A stretch of DNA of 64,000 nucleotides from assembly GCF_006345805.1 (NCBI RefSeq), contig NC_042998.1, positions 143,096,001-143,160,000 of the forward strand. Reading direction: 5' to 3'. The first letter of the stretch is position 1, and each line of letters opens with the position of its first letter. The DNA is from Octopus sinensis (lineage: Eukaryota). Positions 1-12,063 of this stretch are shown in pieces. The notes under the pieces were generated by a model. It was not told the origin of the DNA. It saw only the letters and a list, made by a program, of their open reading frames with translations, and ran no database searches. The translations under genes were made by a program, and so were the position numbers.

Positions 1-761
1 TTTCTTGATGAAATTAATACTAATTTTCTAAAAAAATATTTATTACCTTAAAATAAAATTAACTAAAAGAATTTCTCATTTGTATAACTCTTCCCGTAAC
101 TTCTCTGTCAGTTACTCCCTCTCCTCCTCCTCTGTCTTTGTGTCTTTTTTTCTCCACTCATCATGCACCTTCTATGTGAACTCTCTCTATATATCTCTTT
201 CTTATTCTCTCTCCCCCTCTCTCTATATGATGTAAAGCGTGACTGAAGAAATCAACCAACCAACTTATATATTGGCTATTATTGTATAGAAATATTTTGA
301 TATTTAAATTGATATCAGTGAGCTGAGTCTCCATTAATTTTTTTTTTTTTTGAGATATTAAATAAAAATTTTATTTCATTTTATTTTTTTAGTTAACTCT
401 TGTTTTAAAATTTTTAAAATGATGATTAAAACTGACATATCTTCATATACCAAACACAAGGATGGAAATAAAATTAAAAACATTTTGAACAGTTTCTTTT
501 TTTTTATTTCAAAATTTGAAAGTCTGATTTTAAATGTAAATAAAATAAAATTGAAATGATAATGGCAATTCAAATTGATTCATAAAACACAAAGAAATTA
601 TTTTATTATTGAATTCTCGATTTATCAAATTTAATTTCAGTTTTCAAAATCTAATTATGTAAAATAGCTTTCATACCTCCTCCATCACCCCTACCAATTT
701 TATTTATGTAAACATCTGTTTGTCAATTGTGAATATCAACCCTTTACACACACACACACAT

Positions 762-817
<56 letters not shown>

Positions 818-1122
818 CCATTACCCACACACATGCACCTACACACAAACCCACACATATACGCCTACGCCTACATGCACCTGCTTAATATAAGCAACAT
901 TATCTCAGAATTTTATCACTAAAAGCCTAAATTCCACAGAGATAGTAAGCTATTTCCTGAAATAAAGATGGTTGTGTGTAAAGGAAACAGTTATATGTTC
1001 AAGAATTAACAGAAAAAAGAATAAAATATTATTTTGTTTGCAAAATTGTTGATGTGAACTCATGTGTTGAATCAGATTTTGTTGTATCTGGGGAGGGTCA
1101 TTACGTCAACAATAAACACATG

Positions 1123-1351
1123 GCAGCGAGCTGGCAGAACTGTTAGCAGCCGGGCAAAATGCGTTGCCATATTTTGTCTGCTGTTATGTTCTGAGTTCAA
1201 ATTCCGCCGAGGTTGACTTTGCCTTTCATCCTTTCAGGGTCGATAAATTAAGTACCAGTTACGCACTGGGGTCGATGTAATCGACTTAATCCGTTTGTCT
1301 GTCCTTGTTTGTCCCGTCTATGTTTAGCCCCTTGTGGGTAATAAAGAAACA
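1123..1351 (+). mobile_element. tRNA-derived SINE (Meta-domain-like core), full length with TSD
   Basis: A-box-like TGGCAGAACTG, B-box GAGTTCAAATT, core GACTTTGCCTTTCATCCTTTCAGGGTCGATAAATTAAGTACCAG. 12-bp TSD AATAAACACATG at 1111-1122 and 1352-1363. Confidence 0.85.
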
Positions 1352-1952
1352 AATAAACACATGCATTGGTTCAGTTTCACTTTTTAATTATTTGTTAATA
1401 AACTAATCAACTGTTTGATCAATCATTCAATCAATCGGTTTATCAGCTAGGCTTGTCAGTGTCCTTTTGTTGCCATTCACAACCTTTTCAAGGATGATAT
1501 TCCCTCCATGTTAACTTAAGATATGTCTGTCTGAACCTTTGTTTTTTTAGGCTTTTTTTACTTTTAAGTAGTTGTATGGATATGAGTGGGATTCATTCTT
1601 AAGATATTCAGCTTATTACAGTGGTAATCCATTCTTGGCGGGTTGGTGCAGAATTAGTAGTCTGACTTCCTCTAACTTAGTTTCTATAACACCAGGTGAA
1701 GCTGTTAGTACACTAGCTTTGGCGTGTCTCGAATATCAGCATTAGTTGTGATATTCATCATCTCTCTTCGGTAACTCAAACAAACATTTTAGCTCGGTAC
1801 TGCAAGCTAACTAAACATGCATTAGATGTGCAGTGCTGCTTGTTTACAGTGATTAGCCTTAACTTCCCATGGCATCTGTTTTATTCTTAGAAGACTAAAT
1901 TATTAAAAATTAAGTGACTCTGTCAGTGACAGAATACAAATTATTCATGACC

Positions 1953-2392
1953 TTAACCCTTTTGTTACCATATTTGTTTTGAAATACACCCTTATTTCAA
2001 TTAATTTCCTTGAAATATAATGAAGAATTACCATATATATTTGTGGATAAGTTGCATCCCTAATGTAGAGTTAAGTCTTGGCACAAAATTTTTTCCCTTC
2101 CTAGTTTCAACTGTGTCCTGTGTATTAGTCGCACTGCAGTTTTTCTAGTTAAAATCAAGTACAAAATAGTGTATCTTACATGTGAGTAAATATTCTAAGT
2201 AAAATAACTTTGTTGTTATTAAGCTGATGTTTGGAACATAAGTAATTTTAATGAGGAATGATCTAAATTTAAATTTAGATCACTTAAAACAGAAAGCTTG
2301 TATCAAAGAATAAAATCAGTCTCAGGTGGATTAAAGCAGGAAGTTTGTACCATAAGGAATGGTCTCAGGTGTGTTGGTATTAAAAGGGTTAA
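1953..2392. mobile_element. TTAA-flanked MITE (piggyBac-like ends), family 2
   Basis: TTAA-CCCTTTTGTTACCA ... TGGTATTAAAAGGG-TTAA. Related copies near 15917-16172, 32995-33205, 57580-57815 and 60530-60840. Confidence 0.65.
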
Positions 2393-2587
2393 AGACTCAG
2401 CCTATTTTGGCTTTTCTTGAAATTTTCAGGAGACTAGTGAATAGCTGATTAATTCTTAAGGAAATATTTAGTATATTTTTATCACTTAGTTCTTAATTGA
2501 AACGGTGAAGTCAATGAAAATCTATATAGTCTGCTGGTTTTTATATTTATATATTCTTCTAGGTTGTCTTTCAAAATAAAGGTAGTT

Positions 2588-2795
2588 GATGCAGTGTGAA
2601 TTTATTTAGGAACACACATTCAGCAGCATGCATTCATCTGTGAACACATGATGCAGTGTGCATTCACCTAGAACCACATGATGCAATGTGCATTTATCTA
2701 TAAACACAATAAAGCAGTGTGTATGTATCTGTGAACATGTAGCATGCATTCATCTATAAACACTTGTGAAACATGGATTTATCTGTAAACACACT
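2588..2795. repeat. diverged ~30-bp minisatellite, ~7 units
   Basis: Consensus approx. GATGCAGTGTGCATTCATCTGTGAACACAT repeated head to tail. Confidence 0.75.
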
Positions 2796-3334
2796 GGAAT
2801 ATAGAGACCAAAGTATTATGACCACTGGTGATTGCAAATATGGCACAAACATGGAATACTGATTGTCTGAGTCGTGGAAGTAGTTCTATTACATATTTTG
2901 TGCAGTTGCAAAACACAAGCAGTGGTCATCTCATAGTTTTCTGAAGTTTCACATTGTTGTGGTTTCCAAGTCTACTCACCTGATGTTAATTTTGAAGTTG
3001 TTTTCAAGACATCTCCATTGGTCAGTCCTGGTTTTGGCTTCAATTGATGCACTTTGCCATAGAATTAAATTAATTTTTTTTTAAATGTGAATGACATTCA
3101 GTTACTTGTAAAACACACTCCATTATAGATTACTCTCAGTACAGATATGGTTATTCTGCATAATAGTTTGACTGCAAGGCTGAAGGATACCATTGTTCCA
3201 GGATCTTTGTTTCAAGTTATACTGCAAAGACGGTAAATATTTCAAGGACTGCAAATATTTTAATATTCTATACATTGAATTTAGTTGAAAGGTAAAAATA
3301 GGTCTCAAAATGCCTTCTTTTATCTACATATTTG

Positions 3335-3700
3335 GCATGACTATGTGGTTAAGCTTACTTTGCAACCAGAGTTTCAGATTCAGTCCCACTGCAGAGAATT
3401 TTGTACAATACTCTTTTATTGTAGCTCTAGATTAACTGATACTTTATGAGTGGATTTGATAGCCAGAAAGTATGTCAGACCCCATTGTATATACATATAT
3501 ATAATATATGTGTATGTGTCTGTGTATTTTCCCCAACAACTGGACAACAGATGTTAGCTTGTTTATGTCTCTGTAACTTAGAAGTTTGACAAAGGAGACT
3601 AATAGTATAAGTACCAGATGTAAAGCATTAGTGCTAGGGTTGATTTGTCCAACTAAACCCTTTAAGGCAGTACTCCAACATAGCCACAGATAAAAGATTA
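3335..3700 (+). mobile_element. abundant tRNA-derived SINE with internal (TA)/(TG) microsatellite (diverged copy)
   Basis: Head TGTGGTTAAG...GTTCAGTCCCACTG, body TAACTTAG...AGTACCAG...CATAGCCACAG. Same family as 28617-28980 and 61935-64000. Confidence 0.7.
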
Positions 3701-4480
3701 TTTTTCTTATTTTCTTCTAAGATTTATAAACAAGTACAATCACTTCCTTTGACTTAGTCTCCTTAATATCAAGCATTCCCATCTCACTCATCTCTCTTCC
3801 TCTCATTACCCTTGAGACCAACCCTAATTCCACCCCACCCCCAGGCTCCACACAAACAGCTACACCCTGTCCTTCTTCACCTGTATGTAATCCCTTTGGA
3901 ATTCTCTCTGTTTATATATTGCTCCCCACAGGTCTTAATTTACAAAGATTCAAAAAGAATACTAATGGCATAAATCTTATTGATCTAGGAAGGCTTGCAG
4001 AGGTCATTGGTACTTTCCTTTTGTCTAGGTCCAGCAAGTAAAACAAAAACAAAAAAACTTTTATACCTCATTTCCTAGTGTAAAGCTGTCCCTTCAGGGT
4101 TTGTTATCTGGTCAAGGACTTCAAAACTTCACTTGTGCTAGTGGCATGAAAAAAAGTGCCCACTACCTGCTGAAAAGTAGTTAGCATTAGGAAGGGCATC
4201 CAACCATAGAAACTTCATCAAAGCAGACACTGGAGCATGTTGTAGGCCTTGGACCCATTGAATACTGTCTATCCCTTTGGATGGAATATAGACATTTAAA
4301 CAGTGATGATAGTGATCAAACTATGTCTATCCCTCAGAAAGGAACTAGTAATAGTAACAGAGGAGCATAGATCTTGTTGATTTGAACAACCTTAAAGTTT
4401 AAGTCAACTTGTTGATAATCTGGGATTGTGCTGCTGCTACACACACCGAAATTCTAGACTGCATCCAGAGAATGTTAGTT

Positions 4481-4892
4481 TTAACCCTTTAGTATTTAAA
4501 CAAGTCATAGCAGGCCCAAATGTTTCACCAGTTTTATGTTAAAACTGGTCAGATCTAGCCTCTCACACCTATCCATCAATGTCAGTCAAAATAGCTAATC
4601 ACATTATTGAAACCTCAAAGCTACAAGATAATAATAATAATAATAATAATAATAATTGTGTACAGTGCTCAGGTGCACTACAACTCATCTAAAGTGTATA
4701 TATAATCAGGTGTAGTTTCGGCGGATTTCGGAAAGCATGAGGGCCTTAAAAGATGCAGTGTCATGGCAGTCAACAACTGACGCAGGCAGTTTATTCCATG
4801 CTTCAGCAACTCTGAGTGCATGATTAACTCAAAAACAATGTGAATAAAGAGACATTACATTTGACAGAGTAATCTGAATGCTAAATAGTTAA
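4481..4892. mobile_element. TTAA-flanked MITE (piggyBac-like ends), family 1, interrupted by a CR1 fragment
   Basis: TTAACCCTTTAG(C/T)ATT ... AATGCTAAA(G/T)AGTTAA. Related copies at 16386-16600, ~22860-23079, ~30575-30779 and ~59260-59540. Confidence 0.7.
4631..4818 (-). mobile_element. CR1-type LINE 3' end with (TTA)n tail
   Basis: Minus strand encodes TLRVAEAWNKLPASVVDCHDTASFK (CR1 C-terminal RV..WN.LP motif), then a short 3'UTR and (TTA)n. Degraded relative near 39110-39260 (+). Confidence 0.75.
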
Positions 4893-7171
4893 AGATAGTG
4901 CTTCAACATAGCCATGTAAACTCAACAAAAGAATATAAAGCCTGGCTTCATGAGTTATTGTGGATTAATCCCAGAGAAAATCATTGAATAAAAATTCTGT
5001 AACAAATGAATCAAGTAAAAGTTATCTAAAAATTTTGTGGATCAGGAATGAAGTGAAACCGATTCTGCAGAACTGTATTGGTTATTGTTTTATATTTCTT
5101 TTCATCATGTTCTGTCCGTGGTACATTAAAGTGCAGGATGCAGGCATGCTCTTTAAATGTTTTTTGTTTTTCAGAAACACAGCATCCTATAGTTGTCTCC
5201 CCTTTAAATTCTACAACCCCAACCAGCCAATAAGTTCTTCATACACTCTTGGTCAGATACGCTTTAGATTTACGATAATCCCTTTAAATATTGTGATATA
5301 AGTTTAGCCAGACATAATGAAGGTTTGTTGATGTCTCATTAAACTATAATTAGACAGTTCATAGCTTCGGTTTTAATATAATCTGATGTCCGTATGGTGT
5401 CAGATCAGACTAGAGCAGTGTATAATAAAGGTGCTTCAACAAACAAACATTTCAATTGTAAACCTTCTAAGTGTAGTTTTTTTGTTGTTTTGTTTTAGCA
5501 GCGCTGGTTTGTGCTACTCACTTAGAGTTGTTATAGTTTTATTTGAGTTTAACTGAATTAAATTGTTATATAACAGTTATCTTAACATATCTTTCGGTTA
5601 CTACATGTAGCTCCTTCACAGCAACAAAGCTGTTCTGTTCTAGCCCTTTCTCTCATATTTCTCATCTCCTAGCATAAAGCCATCTTTCTCAGGGTTCGTA
5701 GTTTTGCAAGCTGCATGGTAACCTCACTAGTGCTGGTGGTATGATTAAAAGCATTCAGTACATGTAATGTAAAGTGCTTGGCATTAGGAAGGCATTCATC
5801 AATAGAAACCAAGCTAAAAATGAAATATGCAAGGAAGATGTAGATCTCCAACCCATGTAGGTGATCAGTAGTCCCAAATGTGTTGTGAATTTGACTGAGA
5901 TAACCCATCCAATCCATGCCAGCATGGAAAGCAAACATAAAATAATGATGAGCTTTATCTTAATGTAATCTAGATCGGTGAGCAGGATAGAACCTGAGAT
6001 CACACCGTTTGGAAGCAAGCTTCTTAACCACACAGCTACATCTGCATCTATATATTTTCTTTTTAACATTTTACTGACATTCTGCTGATTTTTAAAAATT
6101 AAATATTCAAACTATCATGACTTTCAAGAATTTATTAATTACTTGCTCCTCCACTCCCTACCATACTGTCATGTTGCTGTTGTTGTTATTGGTTCTTAAG
6201 CATTGTTCTATATTTTGTGTCCTGGTAGTTTGACTGTCATTCATTGTTACTCTCTAACACACACACAAGTTTATAATGAGCTCTATGATTCATAAGCCAT
6301 GGCATATAAGTGACTGAGATCGCAATACTGCAACTGAACAGGATCCCACTGTACAGGATTAACTTATCTATTGCCAGCATTTTTGCTCAAGAACATAACA
6401 CACTGTCCAATTCAGAAATGAAAACCAAAACATTTTGATTGTGAATGCAACACTTTAATCACTAGGCTACCTGCCTTCACACACAAAGACACAGAGAATA
6501 TAAAATTGTAACAACAAGCATTTTATTCTTTTAATCCAGCTGATTTGGAATGATTTTTTTATGTGTTAATTTTTTAAAATATAAATATATATAAATATAA
6601 AACTATTTCAAACCTCATTTTTCTTCTGTTCTATTGTTATATTTTTGTTTTATTTTTATTTTTCTCTATTGGTCAGTTCATCCACTGTTCTTACCACTAT
6701 TGATCTCTAACCAAATTTTTGCCACTCCAATGAAAATTTAGTTAAATGATTTTCTTTGCCATTGCCAATTCTGCTACAAATGTCATGTGGTATTTACTGT
6801 TTTGTTTCAGACATTGGACTGTGGCTATGTTGGAGCACACACAGCTGTACGTGCTAATTTTTTTTCTTTTTATTTTAGACTCAATCCTGCAACGTATATT
6901 GTATAGTTTTAACTTCAATCTTGATATATATATGTATATCATCATCATCATCGTTTAATGTCCGTTTTCCATGCTAGCATGGGTTGGATGGTTCGACTGG
7001 GTCTGGGAAGCCAGGAGGATGCACCAGGCTCCAGTCTAATCTGGCAGTGTTTCTACAGCTTGATGCCCTTCTTAACACCAACCACTCCATGAGTGCTTTT
7101 TATGTGCTACCGGCACAGCTATCCAACTACAATTTCCATTTGATTTTTATTTGATGTTGATGTACTTGACT

Positions 7172-7217
<46 letters not shown>

Positions 7218-8908
7218 ACAAAATAAGTGGATATTTTTTGTTTTATATTTGTGGATTGTGGAGGAAAGGACAGTGCCTAAGACCTTTTCAGGCCTACTAA
7301 GACCAGTGAGTTTTATTGTAGTTAGTGTTGCTTTTTAAACTGTAGCTGGTCAACCCCTGCAGGAAAGACAGAAGCAAGGAGAAGATTCTGAGGAAAAAGG
7401 ATTGTGAATATTGCATAATTCTGAGTAGGTGGGTGAGATGTAGACACAACAAGAATACCAAAAGGTGGAGAGAGAAGTCAGTTGAGGATGCCTGAATGAA
7501 GGAGGTATGGGACTAGCCAGCTGATAACACTGTTTACAAAATTTTATTTCTTTTTTGTTTTTAGTCAGTATTGTTTCCTATTTGTTTCTATCTAGAAATC
7601 AAAGGTAACGACTACTATTCTCTTCAAACTTTGCATTTGTGAACTGGACATCAATGTTTTGAAACTGACTTATTTTCCATTACATTTCAGACAGATTCAA
7701 TACTGAGTAGCTGAAGCAGAAATATCATCATAACAAATATTCTGTTCAGTACCACAGATTTGCTTGTTAGATGCTTGACCTTAACCACTGGAGTGTGTCC
7801 TTTAATGGCTGATAATATGTGCATCTCTGATTATGAGCAGAAGTAGTGGGAGAGCATCATAGCCATATGTTGAGAGGGATTCTTTGGGGTTTGAATAAAT
7901 GTAACAAAAGCAAAGTTTGAAGGAAATATTAGCCATTTTTTGTACTTTCTAGCAAATAAGAGATAATAGCTGCTATCCAAGGATGAAAATCATGTTACAC
8001 AAAAAGTGTAACATGATATAGATTTAATCTAAAAGTGTAACATGATCATATAGATCCCTCTCAACATATGGCTATGATGCTCTCCCACTACTTCTGCTTG
8101 TGATCAGAGATGCACATATTATCAGCCATTAAAGGACACACTCAAGTGGTGAAGGTCAAGCATCTAACAAGCAAATATAAGGTGTGCCCTTGTTCAGAAA
8201 CATATACGTTTATCAAATGAATATTAGTGATGGAATCACTATTAATACCATCTTAACATCTTTATATCCAACTTAACATGGATAAATTGTTAGAATGATG
8301 ACTAGTGTGTCATTCACCTTGAGAGGTCCTCTCATATAGATGCATGATGCGTAAAAGCACACACATATATTACAGCAGATGAGAATTGTCTGGGATGGAT
8401 TCCAGAACTAGCAGATGTGATTTCAGCATACTGTGCTTCCTCATATGCACCATGTATCAATATAAGAGGACCTCTCTGGGCAAATAACACAGTAATCAGC
8501 ATTCTAACAATACATCCACATTAAGTTGGATATAAAGTTACACATAATAATTATAGTTATATACTGACCAACAACCTCACCTCAAACCAATTGCAGTGGA
8601 ACTGTCAGTGACTAGGTTGCATTTGGTGTGATGAAAATATTGATTTCAAATTTTTGGCACAAGGTCAGTAGTTTTGGGGGAGAGGATAAGTTGATTACAT
8701 CAACCCCAGCATTCAATGGGTACTTATTTTATTGACCCTGAAAGGATGAAAGCAAAGTCAACTGTAGCAGAATTTGAACTCAGAACATAATGATTCTGCC
8801 AGCTCGTCGCCTTATGTGATGAAAATATTGACACCAAATAATAAATGTTTATTTGAAGTTAACAGAATTTATGTGTTTTTCAGTGACTACTAGTATCTTC
8901 TACACTGT

Positions 8909-9578
8909 AATTGGTTCATCCCATAAAATAATGTAGTTTTTTTTACACTCCTTTTATTTTTCAAAATTAAGATAAACAAAGTTCTTTTTTAATCTAAAAT
9001 ATACTCTCCTTCATTTTCTACAATGCTCTTTCATCTATCTGGTAGACTTACAAGGCTTCTCTCCCAAAATTCACCTTCTCCATGATGAAAAATACTCCTC
9101 CAGTACTGTTCTGACCTTATCTACAGAATTCATATTTTTTCTGTCCAAATGATTTTGAAGAATGTGCAATAAATGAAAATCAGATGGGGCAATGTCTGGC
9201 AAATATGGTGGGTGGGGCATTGTCTCCCATTCAAACAGCTCCAGCTTTTGGAATATCATCCTCGCTGTATGTGGCTGAGCATTATCCTGATGGAAGAATA
9301 CCTTCATCTTGAAACCAAAGATAGTCGTTTTTCTTCTAGCATTGACTTAAGCCACTCAGGCTGCTTGCAGTAGATCTCCTTTGTTATTGTTTGGTTTGGG
9401 CTTAAAAGTTTAAAGTGGACTAAACTTTTCATATCCCACCAAAGAGTGTGAAGACCCTTCTTTAGCCTGGGGTGCCAATGTTTCTCCTTTCCCTACCCAC
9501 TGTCTTTGGTGCCTGACATTTTTAGAGAACCCATTTCTTGTCACCAGTCACTATTTGGTCCAAAACAGGTTCATTCGT
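8909..9578 (-). mobile_element. degenerate mariner (D,D34D) transposase fragment with one terminal repeat
   Basis: Minus strand: IVTGDKKWVL (~9530-9560), FHQDNAQPH, HPPYLPDIAPSDFHL and a WKSIVENEGEY C-terminus. TIR-like ATTGGTTCATCCCATAAAATAATG at ~8910. Confidence 0.9.
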
Positions 9579-9599
9579 GATGATGATGATGATGAACAA

Positions 9600-9990
9600 G
9601 AGAGGACTGAGATCATCCAGGCCATAACAAGAATTTAAAGGTGGCTGTCCATAGAAACTACTATATGCTGATAACTTTGGTTTTAAAGCAGAATTGGAAA
9701 ATAACTTTCAGGTATGGAAGCAAAACCTGGAATCAAAGGGCCTTAAAGTTAACCTAGTGAAGACCAAAGTTGTTAACAAGAAAATATATAAGACTGTCTT
9801 TCCCTGAGGTAAAAGGCCCTGTTCAATATGTAAGAAGGGTGTTGGAAAGAATTCTGTCTGTTGCACCCAGTTTATATTATGGACACATCAGAAGTGCAGT
9901 GGAATCATAGGTAGGTTAACAGAGAAAGTCATCTTTGTATGTGACATGCACAGAAACAATAAACACTAAGGATACATAGGAAGAGCTATG
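9600..9990 (+). mobile_element. degraded RTE LINE RT/PHD fragment
   Basis: CTATATGCTGATAA (LYAD), LESKGLKVNLVKTKV and PCSICKKGVGKNS..C..C.LWTH.KC, homologous to 13760-14130. Confidence 0.85.
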
Positions 9991-10264
9991 AATTTCACCC
10001 ACACATAACATTAATATACACACCCCACTCCTATGAACCAAACATCTCTTTTTCATGCACAATGTTTGTCTCTCCTCCCACTGTCCTCTCTCTCCTGCCC
10101 CCACCCACTACCAACTCTATCATTGCTATCTTATTCTAAATTCATCACTGTACTCATAGCCAACTCTCACCCTATTAAAGCACTCCTATATATGACTTTT
10201 ATGGCTCTAACAAGCCTTTTGTCTACTTCTAATTTATTTAGAGACCACCAGATAACAGAATAAG

Positions 10265-10720
10265 AGACTCTGTTGAAAGCTTTCTCCAGGTTGACAAAAG
10301 CCAAGTTCAATAGTTTATTTTTGGCTAGATACTTATCCTGCAGCTATCTCATAAGAAGGATGGCCTTTGTTATACTCTTCCTTGGCAGAAAGCCAAACTT
10401 GAATCTCTTCTAGTTTAATTCTATTTCTAATCAATTGGGCTTTAAATCTGTGTAACTTTAATGACCTGGTCCAGCAATTTTATACCTCTGTAATTGTTTC
10501 AACCTAAGACATCACCTTTACTTTTCTAGTAGCTAACTATAATGCTACTACACCAATCATTGGGGATGACACCTTTCTGAATAACCTGATTTACTATATA
10601 AGTGAAGTGACAATGCTGTGTCTTATTCCACCAGATATTTTAAGCATATTGGTAGTGATTCCTGATGTTCCAGGGCCATCCCATATTTTTCCATCCTTAA
10701 TCTGTTTGTTTTTTTTTGTC
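10265..10720 (-). mobile_element. degraded RTE LINE RT N-terminal fragment
   Basis: Minus strand PGTSGITTNMLKISG, NYRGIKLLDQV and FGFLPRK remnants homologous to 13130-13570. Confidence 0.8.
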
Positions 10721-12063
10721 AATGCAACATTCTCATGCAACTCGCAGAATGTAAGTAAACATTGACACACATATACATATAAATTCATACACATATAAGT
10801 ACATTTTGTGTGTACCAAATTCACTCACAAGATATTAGTCAGCCCATGACTATAGTAGAAGTCATTTGTCCAAGGTGCAGTGTAGTTGTATTGAACCTAA
10901 AACCATGTAACTGGAAAGTGAGCCTCTTAACCAAACAGAAAAACCTGTACATGGTAACAGAGTAGAAACATATTAGTTTGGGTGTTAGGCTGACTTTATC
11001 TCTCATTTGGTTTAAAAACTGGTCTCTCAGTGTTTTAGGAGAATCCATTCCTTTGCAAACATTCTTTGATTAAGGATTCCTTCCTCTTTCCCTCCCACCA
11101 ACCACTTTTGAAATCCTTTAAAACACTCATGGTCACTGCCTTCTTTCCTGACTCATCACCATCATTATTTTAATGTTCCCTTTTCCATGCTCTTACGGGT
11201 CGGATAGAATTTACTTATGCCCTTCCTGTCACCAATCCTCACCTGCTTCCAAGAAAGGTAATATTTCTCCTTGGCCAGACATGATTTTTGCAGAATATTG
11301 GAAATGAACAAACAACACTACTTGTATGACAGTGATACTCATTTACAACTATCATGCAATGTCAAGACAAGGAGATACAAAGATATAAACACATATGTAT
11401 ATGACAGACTTCTTTCAGTTTCCATTTACCATATCTACTCACAAGGTTTTGACCAGTCTGGGACTATAGTAGAAGACAGTTACTCAAGGAGCCACACAGT
11501 GGGAGTGAACCTGAAACCATGTGTTTGGGAAGCAAACTTCTTAACCAAACAGTCACACCTGTATGACACAAGTAGCACACCTTGAATATACATACAGACT
11601 TGATGCTGACTTTTCAGAGGTAAAGCTAAACCTAATTCCATTCCATATATTTCTTGAAGAGCCAAAGATTTTCACTGAATCTTTGCATCCTGTTTATAGA
11701 TGAAAATTCCAACATTTTGACTAATCCTAGTGATTAAAGTGTTGTCACTCACCATCACAATATCGTGGTTTCAATTCTCAGACTGGGTAGTGCATTGTGT
11801 TCTTGAGCAAAACACTGAATTTCATGTTGTCACAGTCCATCTGACCCTGGCATTTCATTCAGGGGTAATGTTATGAGCTCTGCCACTTATTCATCATGGA
11901 AACTGAATAACTGGCCCCATGAGTCTTAGATTGAAAGTTCAGGGGTTGTTGTTGATGATGATGAGAAATAAATGAAAAGCAATAGTTTTGTGTGTTTTCC
12001 AATGGCTTAAATGGTTCCTCAATGTTGTAATTGTTCCAATTTCAACAACGCGGTTTCCAATCA

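Noticed and set aside
1572-1695. Open frame LYGYEWDSFLRYSAYYSGNPFLAGWCRIS... as a candidate exon
   Set aside because: Weak acceptor, no recognisable homology and no phase-compatible partner identified.
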